Source: a virus (taxonomy: Duplodnaviria; Caudoviricetes). From it: a stretch of DNA of 47,579 bases. Under the pieces are notes generated by a model, which made no database searches, was not told the origin of the DNA, and saw only the letters and a program-made list of their open reading frames with translations. The position numbers and the translations under genes were made by a program. Of this stretch, positions 35,598 through 44,733 are shown piece after piece; the stretch's first letter is position 1; every line of letters begins with the position of its first letter. The stretch covers positions 1 through 47,579 of IMG/VR virus record IMGVR_UViG_3300017700_000512; one strand, 5' to 3'.

Positions 35598-36275
35598 CTA
35601 CTGCTTCTTGCCGTAGAGACGCTTGGCGCGCTCTTCGTTCGTCGTCGGTTGGCCGGTGTTGCCATCGGACTCGCCGACGCGGCCTTTCTGCATGCCGCTG
35701 TCTTCAGCTGTCATCTTGCCGAGCCGTGCAAACGCACGGACCAGCTCGGGGTGATTGCCGAGGCCGGTTCGTTCGAACCAGCCGATGATGAGCGCTCGAC
35801 CTGCTGTGCCTTCGGGGAACAGCGTGTCGCGCCCTTTCCGTGCCAGCGCCAGGTTCGCGTCGAGTTGCGCCCCTCCGATTTCCTTGTCGGCCTTCAGTTC
35901 CGTGAGGTACTGATCGGCGACGCGGATGACGGACTGCGCGCGTTCCGTGACCATCTTCTGCGCCTGATCCTGCGAGAGACCCAGGGTCTTCGCTTCATCG
36001 GCAAACAGCACCAGGTCCTCGTCCACGAACGGGGATGACTCGGGCAGCTTCAGCTCGTACTTCTCGGGGGGAGTGGCGGCCTTTGGCGGCTCTGTGCCCT
36101 CGGGTTCTGGCTTTGCGCCTTCGTCGACTTTCGGCTGCTCCGTGACCACCGGTGTGGTCTCGGCCTTCTGCTCGCCCTCGGCTTCCTTGGGTGTTGGGGT
36201 GCCGAGTGCGGTCTGCTTCGGTTCGACGACGGGTTTGGTTGTGTCCTGACCGTCTGTCTTCACTGGTTCCGACAT
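35598..36275 (-). CDS. Scaffolding protein
   Basis: P/E/T-rich N-terminus, PEKYEL, LGLSQDQAQK, GLGNHPELVRAF; precedes the capsid gene. Confidence 0.85.
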   Translation of the reverse strand: MSEPVKTDGQDTTKPVVEPKQTALGTPTPKEAEGEQKAETTPVVTEQPKVDEGAKPEPEGTEPPKAATPPEKYELKLPESSPFVDEDLVLFADEAKTLGLSQDQAQKMVTERAQSVIRVADQYLTELKADKEIGGAQLDANLALARKGRDTLFPEGTAGRALIIGWFERTGLGNHPELVRAFARLGKMTAEDSGMQKGRVGESDGNTGQPTTNEERAKRLYGKKQ

Positions 36276-36278
36276 TGT

Positions 36279-36644
36279 CTACTCCTCCGGTCGACGGCGC
36301 GCTTGCGTCGCCGCACGTTCGTTGCGCTCGGTGCGTGCACGCGCCCGAGCCTCACGCTGCATCAGTTCGAAGCCGTCTTCGTGTGCCCTGATCATCTCGG
36401 CCATCAGCTGATGCCCGAAGTCCTGCTTGCCCGCCAGGTAGTGGATGAGGGCCGACGCATGCCAGATCGACTGGAACACGCCGGCCTCGGTGAGCTGGTG
36501 CCACAGCAAGAACCGGCCGGCTTCGGTCTCCAGCACCGCGCGGTAGGCTGAGTCGATCAGCTCCTGCTGCTCGCGGTCCCTCCGATCGGCGCGTGAGACC
36601 TGGGCCTTGTCCGAAGCGTTCTTGACCGATGGCACCGGCTCCAT
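36279..36644 (-). CDS. Bbp19-like head protein
   Basis: VLETEAGRFLLWHQL..AGVF.S...GKQDFG. Confidence 0.75.
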   Translation of the reverse strand: MEPVPSVKNASDKAQVSRADRRDREQQELIDSAYRAVLETEAGRFLLWHQLTEAGVFQSIWHASALIHYLAGKQDFGHQLMAEMIRAHEDGFELMQREARARARTERNERAATQARRRPEE

Positions 36645-37535
36645 TTACGCCAGCCCCAGGGTGTGCTTGCGGTAGTAGGTGCGCACCCGCAGCACGCCAG
36701 CGGCGGTGCCGGGGTTGGTGAAGGCAGCGGCCGCCACCAGGTTGAGGCCGGCGTTGGCCACGATCGGCACGGGCACGGTCGTCAGGGGGCGGAAGACGTA
36801 GACGTTGTCGGCCGCTGCGCCCAGGGTGGCCGCTGCGCCGATGAGGCCCGACTGCGCCGCACCGCCGCCGCTCAGGTTCACCGTGATGTTGCCGCCGCCC
36901 GTGTAGGCCGCGACCGCTCGGTCGGTGATCATGATCGTCGAGATGAACTCGATGCCCTCGTCCGCACCAGGCGCCGCGACCAGCGGGTACCCCTGGGCGT
37001 GTCCGAACTTGCCGGCGGTGGTGGCGATGATGTCCGCTGCGCTGATCGTGACGTCGGTGTAGAGCAGCTGGTCAGCCGCGAGTGCGCCGCCTTCGTGTGC
37101 CGAGACCAGCGGACCACCGAGCACCAGGCCGCCGTCGTCGCGCACACCGATGACCACGCGACCGCTGGCGTCCTTCAGCAGCGCTTCCTGGACGACGTCG
37201 CCCGTGACCGGCGTGAGGGTGTAGCCCACCGCGTCGTCGTTGTAGCCCGTGACGCGCACGCGATACCAGACGGGCTTGCTGTTCTCGTTCTTGATCGTGA
37301 CGCTGGAGATCGTGCCGCCCAGGTTGTCGGCGTCGACAGCGGTGAACTGCTGCTTGATGCCCGTGGTGGAGTAGGCCGGCGCCCACACCGTCTTGTTCTC
37401 CGACACCTCGATCGCGATGGTGCCGATGAACGTGTCAGCACCGCCGCAGATCAGCGATGCCGTGATGGTCTCCTGGGGCAGAACCCGCAGGGTGGCCGAC
37501 TTGCCGTTGGCCGAGAGTGTTCCAGTGACTGCCAT
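36645..37535 (-). CDS. Hypothetical beta-rich virion protein (296 aa)
   Basis: T/G/A/V-rich two-domain ORF between portal and Bbp19-like gene; GGAGG RBS. Confidence 0.65.
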   Translation of the reverse strand: MAVTGTLSANGKSATLRVLPQETITASLICGGADTFIGTIAIEVSENKTVWAPAYSTTGIKQQFTAVDADNLGGTISSVTIKNENSKPVWYRVRVTGYNDDAVGYTLTPVTGDVVQEALLKDASGRVVIGVRDDGGLVLGGPLVSAHEGGALAADQLLYTDVTISAADIIATTAGKFGHAQGYPLVAAPGADEGIEFISTIMITDRAVAAYTGGGNITVNLSGGGAAQSGLIGAAATLGAAADNVYVFRPLTTVPVPIVANAGLNLVAAAAFTNPGTAAGVLRVRTYYRKHTLGLA

Positions 37536-37539
37536 GTGT

Positions 37540-39282
37540 CTATCCTCCGAGTACGCGAGTGAGTGCGGTGTCGCCTTCCATCGGGGCCTGCGATGCGTCC
37601 TTCATGGCCCGCGCGGTGGTCTGCATCACCTGCGCCTGCTGCGCCTCTGCGATTTGGCGGGATTCCTGCTCGCGTGCAGCCTCAGCTTCTTCCGTCGAGA
37701 CGATCCCCTTCGGGTCGACTCCGAGCATCTCGCCGTAGGCGTCGGCGAAGTGGAAGATTCGGACCTTGTGCCGCAGCTCCGGGAACACCTCAGTGAGAGG
37801 CACCATGGTCTGCAGGAAGCGGTCCTGGCCGACGATGCCCACCAGCTTCTGCGCTTGGGCCATCACCGACACGTATTCGACTTTGAGCTTCGAGCCGCGA
37901 ATCTCCTCGGGTGGCTCGGGGATGTCGCCGTTGCGCAGCATCATCGCGAACGCGCGATCGATCAGCGGGTCGAGCAGCTCGTCGTTCGTGCGCTCCAACA
38001 CCGGGCCGAGCGCGAGCAGCTTCTCTTCGTGCCGCTCTTCGATCTCGCGAGCGGTCGGCGGCTGCAGGCCACGATACGGGTCCGACTGCGCCAGCATCAG
38101 GAACAAGTCCTCGTAGAACGCGCGCTTCACCTGGTACTGCGTGGTCGCGATGTCGTGGATGAAGTGCTCGATGTTGATCGAGACCTCGTGGACTGGCCGC
38201 AGGCCCTGCATGCCCTCGCGCACGTCCACGTAGGTGACGTCGCCGGCCAGCAGCGAGGTCTTCTGGTTCTTCAACGACGTCGGCCCACTCAGGGGCGGGT
38301 CGATCATCTTCTCCAGCGCGATGCCCTTCTTGCGCTGCATGCCCTGGAGCTGCTTCACGTCGGGCAGCGCATCCATCCCGGGGCATGAGGTGCCGTAGCA
38401 GTCCTCGCCGGTGACCTCCCACCGAGGGGCCATGATCGGGAACTCGTTGAAGCCGGACTCGCGCAGGATCTTCAGCTGGTCGTCCGTGTTCCCTTTGTTC
38501 GTCTCGCTGCCCCGCTCGAAGTAGAGCGAGCTGAACGGCATGAACCGCGTGCCGATCTTCTGCGGGTCGTGGTCCGGGTTCGGCGCCACCACCCACAACA
38601 CCTGCACCGTGGCCGCGTAGTTGCCCTGGTCCCAGTGCGCCTTGACCTCACCGCTGATCCTTGACCAGTCGATCTCGCGACCCGGCACCGCCGGTGAGCC
38701 GTCCTCGCCGCCGAACTCTTCGATGACCTGGCGCACCGTCATCTCGTATTCACGCATGAACGTCGAGACGCGATCGCGGTGGTCGACGTCGAGCACGTAG
38801 CTGCCGACCGGGAAGGCCCGAGCGCGGAACATGTCCTGGCTGTCATCGAGCACCGACATGGCGCCCACTCCGAACACGCCCAGGTCGCCGTAGACGATCG
38901 GCAGCGCGTTGTAGAGGTTCGTCTGCGAGAACACCGTCTGCATGCGCTGGGTGACCTCGTGCAGCCATTCACGCACCGCCGGCAGCTTGCCCAGGTTGGC
39001 GTCGGGTGTCGTCAGCTTGAACCAGGGGCGTGCCGGCGACGTCAGCCCTGCGTGCAGTCCGCTCTGCAGGGTGCGTGCGGCCAGGCGGCCCGTGGAGTCC
39101 AGGATCTTCTGGTTCGCCTTGCTGCCTCGGTTGCGGTCGCTCGACACGAACCGCGTGCGGCGCGGCAGCATCACGCTGGCCAGCTCCTGCCAGTGCGAGT
39201 CCCACGAGGAGCGCTCCGCGCGCAGCGCGACGTACAGCTGCTCCCAGTGCGCCCGCTTGCCCTTGCTGTAGGTGTTGAGCAT
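37540..39282 (-). CDS. Portal protein (Bbp21/T7 gp8-like)
   Basis: LQSGLHAGLTSPARPWF, PRWEV.GED.YG, TAREIEERHEEKLLALGPVLER, VEYVSVMAQAQK. Confidence 0.93.
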   Translation of the reverse strand: MLNTYSKGKRAHWEQLYVALRAERSSWDSHWQELASVMLPRRTRFVSSDRNRGSKANQKILDSTGRLAARTLQSGLHAGLTSPARPWFKLTTPDANLGKLPAVREWLHEVTQRMQTVFSQTNLYNALPIVYGDLGVFGVGAMSVLDDSQDMFRARAFPVGSYVLDVDHRDRVSTFMREYEMTVRQVIEEFGGEDGSPAVPGREIDWSRISGEVKAHWDQGNYAATVQVLWVVAPNPDHDPQKIGTRFMPFSSLYFERGSETNKGNTDDQLKILRESGFNEFPIMAPRWEVTGEDCYGTSCPGMDALPDVKQLQGMQRKKGIALEKMIDPPLSGPTSLKNQKTSLLAGDVTYVDVREGMQGLRPVHEVSINIEHFIHDIATTQYQVKRAFYEDLFLMLAQSDPYRGLQPPTAREIEERHEEKLLALGPVLERTNDELLDPLIDRAFAMMLRNGDIPEPPEEIRGSKLKVEYVSVMAQAQKLVGIVGQDRFLQTMVPLTEVFPELRHKVRIFHFADAYGEMLGVDPKGIVSTEEAEAAREQESRQIAEAQQAQVMQTTARAMKDASQAPMEGDTALTRVLGG

Positions 39283-39629
39283 CAGACGCCCATCAGGGTG
39301 CGTCGGTTCAGCCGCACACCCGGAATGCCGGTACCGGCTGAGAGACCCGTGAGGGCCGAAGCGCCTGCACCCTTGCGTCGAGCGCGGATGGCAGCGGCGA
39401 GTGCGGAGGCTGAGGCGTCGCGTGACATCGACAGGGCGTCAGGAGCAGCCGGCGCGTCGTCGGCGCCGATGCGAGGCTGAGCCGTGCCGGTTGTGGGTGA
39501 GTCACCGCGGCGGCCGCGACCGACCTGGCCCTCGTCGAGGCTCAGCACCGTGCCACCGGCCTGCGTGCGCGTACGCGGCGGCTGACTGCTGGGCTTGTCC
39601 TTGCCACCACCGCCGAAGAATCCGGCCAT
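39282..39629 (-). CDS. Small pre-portal virion protein (115 aa)
   Basis: GAGGAG RBS, MAGFFGGGG start, ends ...RRTLMGV; TGATG overlap with the portal gene. Confidence 0.65.
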   Translation of the reverse strand: MAGFFGGGGKDKPSSQPPRTRTQAGGTVLSLDEGQVGRGRRGDSPTTGTAQPRIGADDAPAAPDALSMSRDASASALAAAIRARRKGAGASALTGLSAGTGIPGVRLNRRTLMGV

Positions 39630-39639
39630 GCGTCGCTCC

Positions 39640-40083
39640 TCACAGGTTGCGGGTGTAGACCGTTTCGAGTGGGACATACCCGTGCCGGCCAAGATAGGTG
39701 CCAACGGTGGAAGCCTGCGGCGCGACCATTTTTACCATGGCGCACCCGAACCGCAAAGATTCCTCCTCGAAGCCGCGCAGCAGTCGAGGCCCAATCGAGC
39801 CGGCGCGATACTCCGGTTCGACATACCAGACTGCCTCTTCCATCACCCGCACACCGCTCCAGGGCTGATCAGCAGCGATGCCGGCCACGATGCCCACGAG
39901 CTGGTCATCGAGCGCAGCCACCAGCACCAGCTGCTCGCTCAGGAACCAGTCGACGAGCAGCTCCAGCCGCGTGTGATCGATCGGGAAGAGCGCCACGTAT
40001 GGCCCGGTCTCGATCATCCGCCGCACCAGGGCCAGGCACACGTCGCGTTCACCAACAGTCGGTCGTCGTATCAGCAGCATCAC
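39640..40083 (-). CDS. GNAT-family acetyltransferase
   Basis: WYVEPEYRAGSIGPRLLRGFEE...YLGRHGY; between TerL and portal as in BPP-1-like phages. Confidence 0.85.
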   Translation of the reverse strand: MMLLIRRPTVGERDVCLALVRRMIETGPYVALFPIDHTRLELLVDWFLSEQLVLVAALDDQLVGIVAGIAADQPWSGVRVMEEAVWYVEPEYRAGSIGPRLLRGFEEESLRFGCAMVKMVAPQASTVGTYLGRHGYVPLETVYTRNL

Positions 40084-41654
40084 TCGTCCCAGTCCGGCGC
40101 TCGCTTGGCGCGCCCGTAGCTCGCGGTGCGGTCGTGCTCTTCGAGGAGGCGGTTGCGTTGCGACACCGCGCGAGTCACTGCCTCGGGGTTGTTGCGCACG
40201 GTGCGTCCGTTGTCCGGCATGTCCGGCATCGCGAAGGTGAGGGCCAGGGCATCGGCGAGGTCAGGCGATCGGCCCAGGCGTTTCTTGATCTGGTCCTTCT
40301 CCTCGATCATCAGCTGGCCCTGCGTGAACGTGTAGGTGGGTTCGGTCAGCTCACCGACCAGCATCGGCAGCTTCGGCAGTCGGCCGCCACGCTTCACCCA
40401 CTCCGACATCTCGACCCACATCTCGGCGCGACGGTTGCGATACCGAGGGTTCAACGCCTTCGAGTGGAACACCACCGGGTGCGGTGCGTAGCCGGCGGTG
40501 ATCAGCTGGTCGAGCACACCGTGGCCCCAGTGCCCGGTGTCATCGACGAAAATGCTCGCCTCACCGCGTGCCCAGCGTACTGAGGCCTGGGCCACACGCG
40601 CCGCGATGTCGTTCGTGCGCAGGTTGCGCATCTCGACGGGCTTGTAGGTCATCAGGCCCTGGCGCGGGAAGATGACCGAGCGATCGTCACCGAACCGCGC
40701 GACGTCCACACCCAGCCGCTTCTCCTGCCAGTTGTAGGCCTCGGGCTGATACTTCATGCCCATGGCGCGCTCGACGTCTTCGATGCCCAGCAGCGCGTTG
40801 ATGCTGGCGTCGGGGAACTGGCCGAGGATCTGTGTCTTGACCCAGGGGTTGTCGCGACCGTAGGTGTCGATCTGCTGCTGTGCCCAGCACCGCGGGCACA
40901 TGCACTCCTCGCCCTCTTGCAGGTCGACCCGGTGATCGGACATCACGCGAGGCGAGTGCACCCAGGCCTTGGGGTCTGCGGGATCCCCAGTGATGCGGAT
41001 GATGCGCCACTGGTGCCGCAGCAGGGTGGCAGCGGCGTAGAGCATGCCCTCCAGGCTGGTGGGGTTGCCGGCTTGAATCACCTTGCCGAACTCGACACGC
41101 ACCAGGGCCTGCTCCGCCGCACGCAGCACGGCCGGCGGGATGTTGCCGCTCTCATCCACCTGCACCATGATGTTGCGCTCGTGCAGACCGGAGAACGTCT
41201 GCCCCTGCTGTTCCGGGTTCGCGCTCTTCGGCCAGCTGCGGGCTTCGAGGCGCCACGTCGAGGGGAAGGCCTTGTTGAAGATGGCCTTGGACGTCCACTC
41301 GAACTCCAGCTGCAGCACGGGCGAGCGCTGCTGCCACTTCGCATACTCAGCCCACAGGTTCGCTTGCAGGTTGTCCTTGGTGATCGCGGTGACCAGGCCC
41401 TTGGGGTGCTCGCCGTGGTCGCCCTTGCACGACAGGAAGTACCAACCAGCCCAGGCCAGGACTGCGCTCTTGCCGGGACCGACGCAGGCCTGCAGCGCGA
41501 TACGGCGGAACGCGGCTGAGGGGTTCTCGATGGCGAGCAGCGCCTCCTCTTGCCACGGGTCCAGCGCGACGTGGAAGTTATCGCGCACGAACCGCAGGAT
41601 GCCCCGGTGCTCGCGCCAGCTCTTCAACCTGGCGACGCCAGGGTCAGACGTCAT
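40080..41654 (-). CDS. terL: Terminase large subunit
   Basis: ACVGPGKS, SGLH, VDES, GNPT, LGQFP, GVDVARFGDD, NRRAEMW, RSPDLADALALTFA. Confidence 0.95.
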   Translation of the reverse strand: MTSDPGVARLKSWREHRGILRFVRDNFHVALDPWQEEALLAIENPSAAFRRIALQACVGPGKSAVLAWAGWYFLSCKGDHGEHPKGLVTAITKDNLQANLWAEYAKWQQRSPVLQLEFEWTSKAIFNKAFPSTWRLEARSWPKSANPEQQGQTFSGLHERNIMVQVDESGNIPPAVLRAAEQALVRVEFGKVIQAGNPTSLEGMLYAAATLLRHQWRIIRITGDPADPKAWVHSPRVMSDHRVDLQEGEECMCPRCWAQQQIDTYGRDNPWVKTQILGQFPDASINALLGIEDVERAMGMKYQPEAYNWQEKRLGVDVARFGDDRSVIFPRQGLMTYKPVEMRNLRTNDIAARVAQASVRWARGEASIFVDDTGHWGHGVLDQLITAGYAPHPVVFHSKALNPRYRNRRAEMWVEMSEWVKRGGRLPKLPMLVGELTEPTYTFTQGQLMIEEKDQIKKRLGRSPDLADALALTFAMPDMPDNGRTVRNNPEAVTRAVSQRNRLLEEHDRTASYGRAKRAPDWDE

Positions 41655-42057
41655 CGGGGTGCTTCGTCATGGCCAGGGCCTGTTCGAGGGTGAGCTTGCC
41701 GGTGTGCAGGTGTTTGATGCTGTGCCGCCCCATGACCTTGTTCAGCTCCTTGGCAGCCTGGACGCGGATGAAGGCGGGTTCGTCGGTGTCGCGCAGGATG
41801 CTCGTCATCCGGGTGTCGATCTCCTGGGCATCGGCGATGGCCGCCAGGTCGAGACTCTTGCGGGCCTCCTCGACGGCCGCCAGAACGTTAGCTCTTGTTA
41901 GCAGCCTGGAGGCAGTGACTGCGGCACTGCCGGCCGCGTAGCCAGCCGACAGTGCCGCCTTCTTGCCATTGCCGGCGATGCCTGGTTTCCCCAGGGCGTA
42001 GTGCCGGACGAACCGCGCTTCGAGCGGGGAGAGGTTCTTCTTGCCGCGTGTGGGCAT
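41644..42057 (-). CDS. terS: Terminase small subunit
   Basis: LSPLEARFVRHY...NGKKAALSAGY...ASRLL...V HTH, immediately upstream of TerL. Confidence 0.88.
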   Translation of the reverse strand: MPTRGKKNLSPLEARFVRHYALGKPGIAGNGKKAALSAGYAAGSAAVTASRLLTRANVLAAVEEARKSLDLAAIADAQEIDTRMTSILRDTDEPAFIRVQAAKELNKVMGRHSIKHLHTGKLTLEQALAMTKHPDDV

Positions 42058-43289
42058 CAGTCCATCCCCAAGGGGAACCCGTTGCCGTAGCCGACCGTGA
42101 CGCCGGCCTCATCCGCGATGCGCTTGGCCCGAGAGGCCAGCACGCGCGCATCGTGTTCGTCTGACTGGCCACGCATGTATTCGTAGGCCGTGGTCTCCCA
42201 CAACACGAGAGGCATCGCGCGCCAGCCGTTCAGCCCGCCACCGATGCGTGTCACGTAGTCACGCCAGCGGTCCAGCCAGCAGCGCTCGTCGTTGGGGTCG
42301 CAGTCCTGGTAGATGTCGCGCCCGTGCGGTGTCTGGTAGAGCGCGAAGCTGAACCACTCCCCGCCGGCCATCTTGTAGAAGCCGGACTCGGTGGCCCCCC
42401 AGTGTGAGAGGGGGTGCGTGTGGAGGGCCTTGTCCGCTTCGGCGGCATCGCCGTAGACCCGGCCCTCGTGCCACTGGGTGCGGCCCTTCTCGTCGACTAC
42501 GACGTCGCCGTTGGGGTGCTGCTGCGGCCAGATCCAGAAGCGCCATGGGTCGTCGCGCTCGACGGGATTCGACGAACCCACCAGGCGCCCCGGTGAGCCG
42601 TGGAAGCCGACGAGGAACTCAGGCGCCAGCCGGTGCCAGAGCTTCGCGGCCTCTGACAGCTCGTAGGACCGCCAGTCGCCGACCACCGGCTCCCAGGCCA
42701 ACACGGTCATGACGTGGCGCTCCAGGCCCTCCAGGGCGGCACGGATGACGGGATACACACGCCTGATGCGCGGGAGTGGGTCGCGCCCACCGCTGTCGAG
42801 GAACACGACCGGAATCATTCCGGCGTCGAGGATCTCTACCAGCAGCGCGCGGATGCCGTCCGCGTCCGCTTGCAGGTCCGGGTTGCTCCACCGCACACCA
42901 GGATACACAGGGCCTGGCTCGAAGGGGCCGATCGGCACATGCGTGGCGCCCGCCGCCTGCAAGATGGCCAGCCACTCGCGGCGCACCTCCGTGGTGGCAC
43001 CCGGCAGCGCAGGCGTCCAGATCACGCGGCCGAGCTTGTCGTCGTGTGCGCCGCCGTCGGGGTTCCTGTAGGAGTCCCGCAGGTTGCAGAGGTGGCCGCG
43101 ATACAGGCCGAGCCTGGCGTGTGCGTCCAGCCACCGACGAGGCACAGGGCTGACCACAGGCGGCGGCTCTGGCTCAGGTGCTGGGGTGGGCGGTGGCGGC
43201 GGTGGTGCCGGCTCACTCGGGACCGGCTTGGGCCGCGCGATGACACCGAGGAAGCGGAGGAGTTGGCGCAGCTGTTTTTCCCAATTCAT
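42057..43289 (-). CDS. Pro-linker protein with a putative TIM-barrel glycoside hydrolase-like domain (410 aa)
   Basis: AGGAGG RBS and ATG 43289; poly-Pro linker; beta/alpha repeats with LAWEP and LVLWET glutamates. Confidence 0.5.
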   Translation of the reverse strand: MNWEKQLRQLLRFLGVIARPKPVPSEPAPPPPPPTPAPEPEPPPVVSPVPRRWLDAHARLGLYRGHLCNLRDSYRNPDGGAHDDKLGRVIWTPALPGATTEVRREWLAILQAAGATHVPIGPFEPGPVYPGVRWSNPDLQADADGIRALLVEILDAGMIPVVFLDSGGRDPLPRIRRVYPVIRAALEGLERHVMTVLAWEPVVGDWRSYELSEAAKLWHRLAPEFLVGFHGSPGRLVGSSNPVERDDPWRFWIWPQQHPNGDVVVDEKGRTQWHEGRVYGDAAEADKALHTHPLSHWGATESGFYKMAGGEWFSFALYQTPHGRDIYQDCDPNDERCWLDRWRDYVTRIGGGLNGWRAMPLVLWETTAYEYMRGQSDEHDARVLASRAKRIADEAGVTVGYGNGFPLGMD

Positions 43290-43510
43290 GAGGCCCTCTT
43301 GTTCTGCTCGCGTTTGGCTCTGTAGTATCGCAGAGACTCTGCTGCCCCCTTCAGACGGCACTCGTAGCAGAGCCAAAAGTATTCGAGAGTGCGCGGGTTG
43401 ATGTCCAGCAAGCCGTCACCGCAGCGGGGGCAGAGACCCTTGGCGCGGCGAGCGGCTTGCCAGTTCTGGACCCACAGCGAGTGGGCCTTCTTGTCGCGCG
43501 GCGCTTTCAT
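43286..43510 (-). CDS. Zn-finger protein (CPRC...CYEC, 74 aa)
   Basis: ATGA overlaps at both ends. Confidence 0.7.
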   Translation of the reverse strand: MKAPRDKKAHSLWVQNWQAARRAKGLCPRCGDGLLDINPRTLEYFWLCYECRLKGAAESLRYYRAKREQNKRAS

Positions 43511-43707
43511 TGGCGCTTCCGTCGGTGGTGCGCGCGGAGGAAGTGCACCGCCATCCAGGCAAGGATCACGGCCAGCACATACACCCAAAGAAAGGGCCAG
43601 GCGGCGACGGTGTGCGTGATGGGCGGATACGCCCCACCGAGCGCGATCAGCTCGTACACCACCAGCGCCACGATCAACAACAACAACGTCCACTGGTGTC
43701 GGTTCAT
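43507..43707 (-). CDS. Small two-TM membrane protein (66 aa)
   Basis: Two hydrophobic helices, basic tail, ATGA overlaps. Confidence 0.7.
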   Translation of the reverse strand: MNRHQWTLLLLIVALVVYELIALGGAYPPITHTVAAWPFLWVYVLAVILAWMAVHFLRAHHRRKRQ

Positions 43708-43832
43708 CGGTCTTCTCTCTCTCGATCGTCAACGTCGCCACGGTTGCAGGCGCCGGCGTAGGCTATGCCCACCAGCAGCAGGACCGGCAGGGCCACGAGA
43801 ATCAGCGCGACCTCTTTGAGTCTACGTGCCAT
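43704..43832 (-). CDS. Small membrane or lipoprotein-like peptide (42 aa)
   Basis: MARRLKEVALILVALPVLLLVGIAYAGAC...; GAGG RBS. Confidence 0.55.
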   Translation of the reverse strand: MARRLKEVALILVALPVLLLVGIAYAGACNRGDVDDREREDR

Positions 43833-44073
43833 CCCACACCACCTCGAAGAGTTTGCCTCGATGTTCGATCGTGCGGTTCGGTGCGACGCGCGGCTGCCGG
43901 CGGGGCAGCTTGGCCAGGGCCTCAGCTTCAACAGCATCGAGCGCGGCCTGCCGCCGGTCGACGTGCTCCATGTGCTCGTTGAACTCAGGCAGCTTGGAGC
44001 AGGTCCGGCAGAGCCGGCGCTCCTGGGCATACCGTCCGCAGTTGTTCTTACAGAGCGACGTGGCCATGCTCAC
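43822..44073 (-). CDS. Cys-rich hypothetical protein (83 aa)
   Basis: CKNNC...CRTC. Confidence 0.6.
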   Translation of the reverse strand: MSMATSLCKNNCGRYAQERRLCRTCSKLPEFNEHMEHVDRRQAALDAVEAEALAKLPRRQPRVAPNRTIEHRGKLFEVVWDGT

Positions 44074-44293
44074 TCTCGTCGTTCGATTCCGCTGGCGGAA
44101 TCCTATTCGGCAGGTCGACGGGCCGGAACGCCTCGCACCGGACGCACAGCTCCACCCAGCGGGTTCGCCCTTCGACGTTTCGGCGCTCCAGGTGGATGAA
44201 CCGCCGGGGGTGCCGGCACGCGCCCTGTGACGTCACCTGGCGGAACCAGGCTATCAGGCGATCGATCCACTTCACTTCGATTTCCAACTTCAT
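44048..44293 (-). CDS. Hypothetical protein (MKLEIEVKW..., CxH...CxxC)
   Basis: GGAGG RBS before ATG 44293. Confidence 0.6.
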   Translation of the reverse strand: MKLEIEVKWIDRLIAWFRQVTSQGACRHPRRFIHLERRNVEGRTRWVELCVRCEAFRPVDLPNRIPPAESNDESEHGHVAL

Positions 44294-44546
44294 CGGACAC
44301 CTCCAGGTGTAGCTGCTGCGGTTGCTTCTTGCGTCGAGGCCGACCATCCACCCGGAACACGTCGTGCTGCGGGTGCAGGTCGTAGTGCTTCGCGCTCATC
44401 CACAGAGCGCCGAAGATCGCGCCAGCCGGTGTCGCCCACCCACTGGCGCGCATGATCTCCAGGAGCATGTCGAGGTCTGCCCCTGCGAAGACGACCGAGA
44501 CGACGAGGCTGGGATCAGCCTCGGGACTTCGGTCGTCGTGGTTCAC
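44103..44546 (-). CDS. Hypothetical protein; C-terminal tail overlaps the next gene
   Basis: GTGA-coupled start; first ~85 aa are protein-like. Confidence 0.55.
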   Translation of the reverse strand: MNHDDRSPEADPSLVVSVVFAGADLDMLLEIMRASGWATPAGAIFGALWMSAKHYDLHPQHDVFRVDGRPRRKKQPQQLHLEVSDEVGNRSEVDRSPDSLVPPGDVTGRVPAPPAVHPPGAPKRRRANPLGGAVRPVRGVPARRPAE

Positions 44547-44733
44547 TCGCCAGCTCCAACAGTTCCAGCCGGTCGAGCCGCGTCGTGGTCGTCCTCAACA
44601 GCGCGCCCAGGTCCTTCTCCAACTGTTTCACTCGGCGCTTCAGCAACAGGATCTGCACTGCCTGCAGCTGGTGCTTCGTGTTCGCCGCCTTCACGTTGCG
44701 GGTCGTGCTGTCCTGCGGGTTGCGTTTCGACAT
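44515..44733 (-). CDS. Coiled-coil hypothetical protein (72 aa), largely nested in the upstream gene's tail
   Basis: GGGAGG RBS; leucine heptads. Confidence 0.6.
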   Translation of the reverse strand: MSKRNPQDSTTRNVKAANTKHQLQAVQILLLKRRVKQLEKDLGALLRTTTTRLDRLELLELASEPRRPKSRG

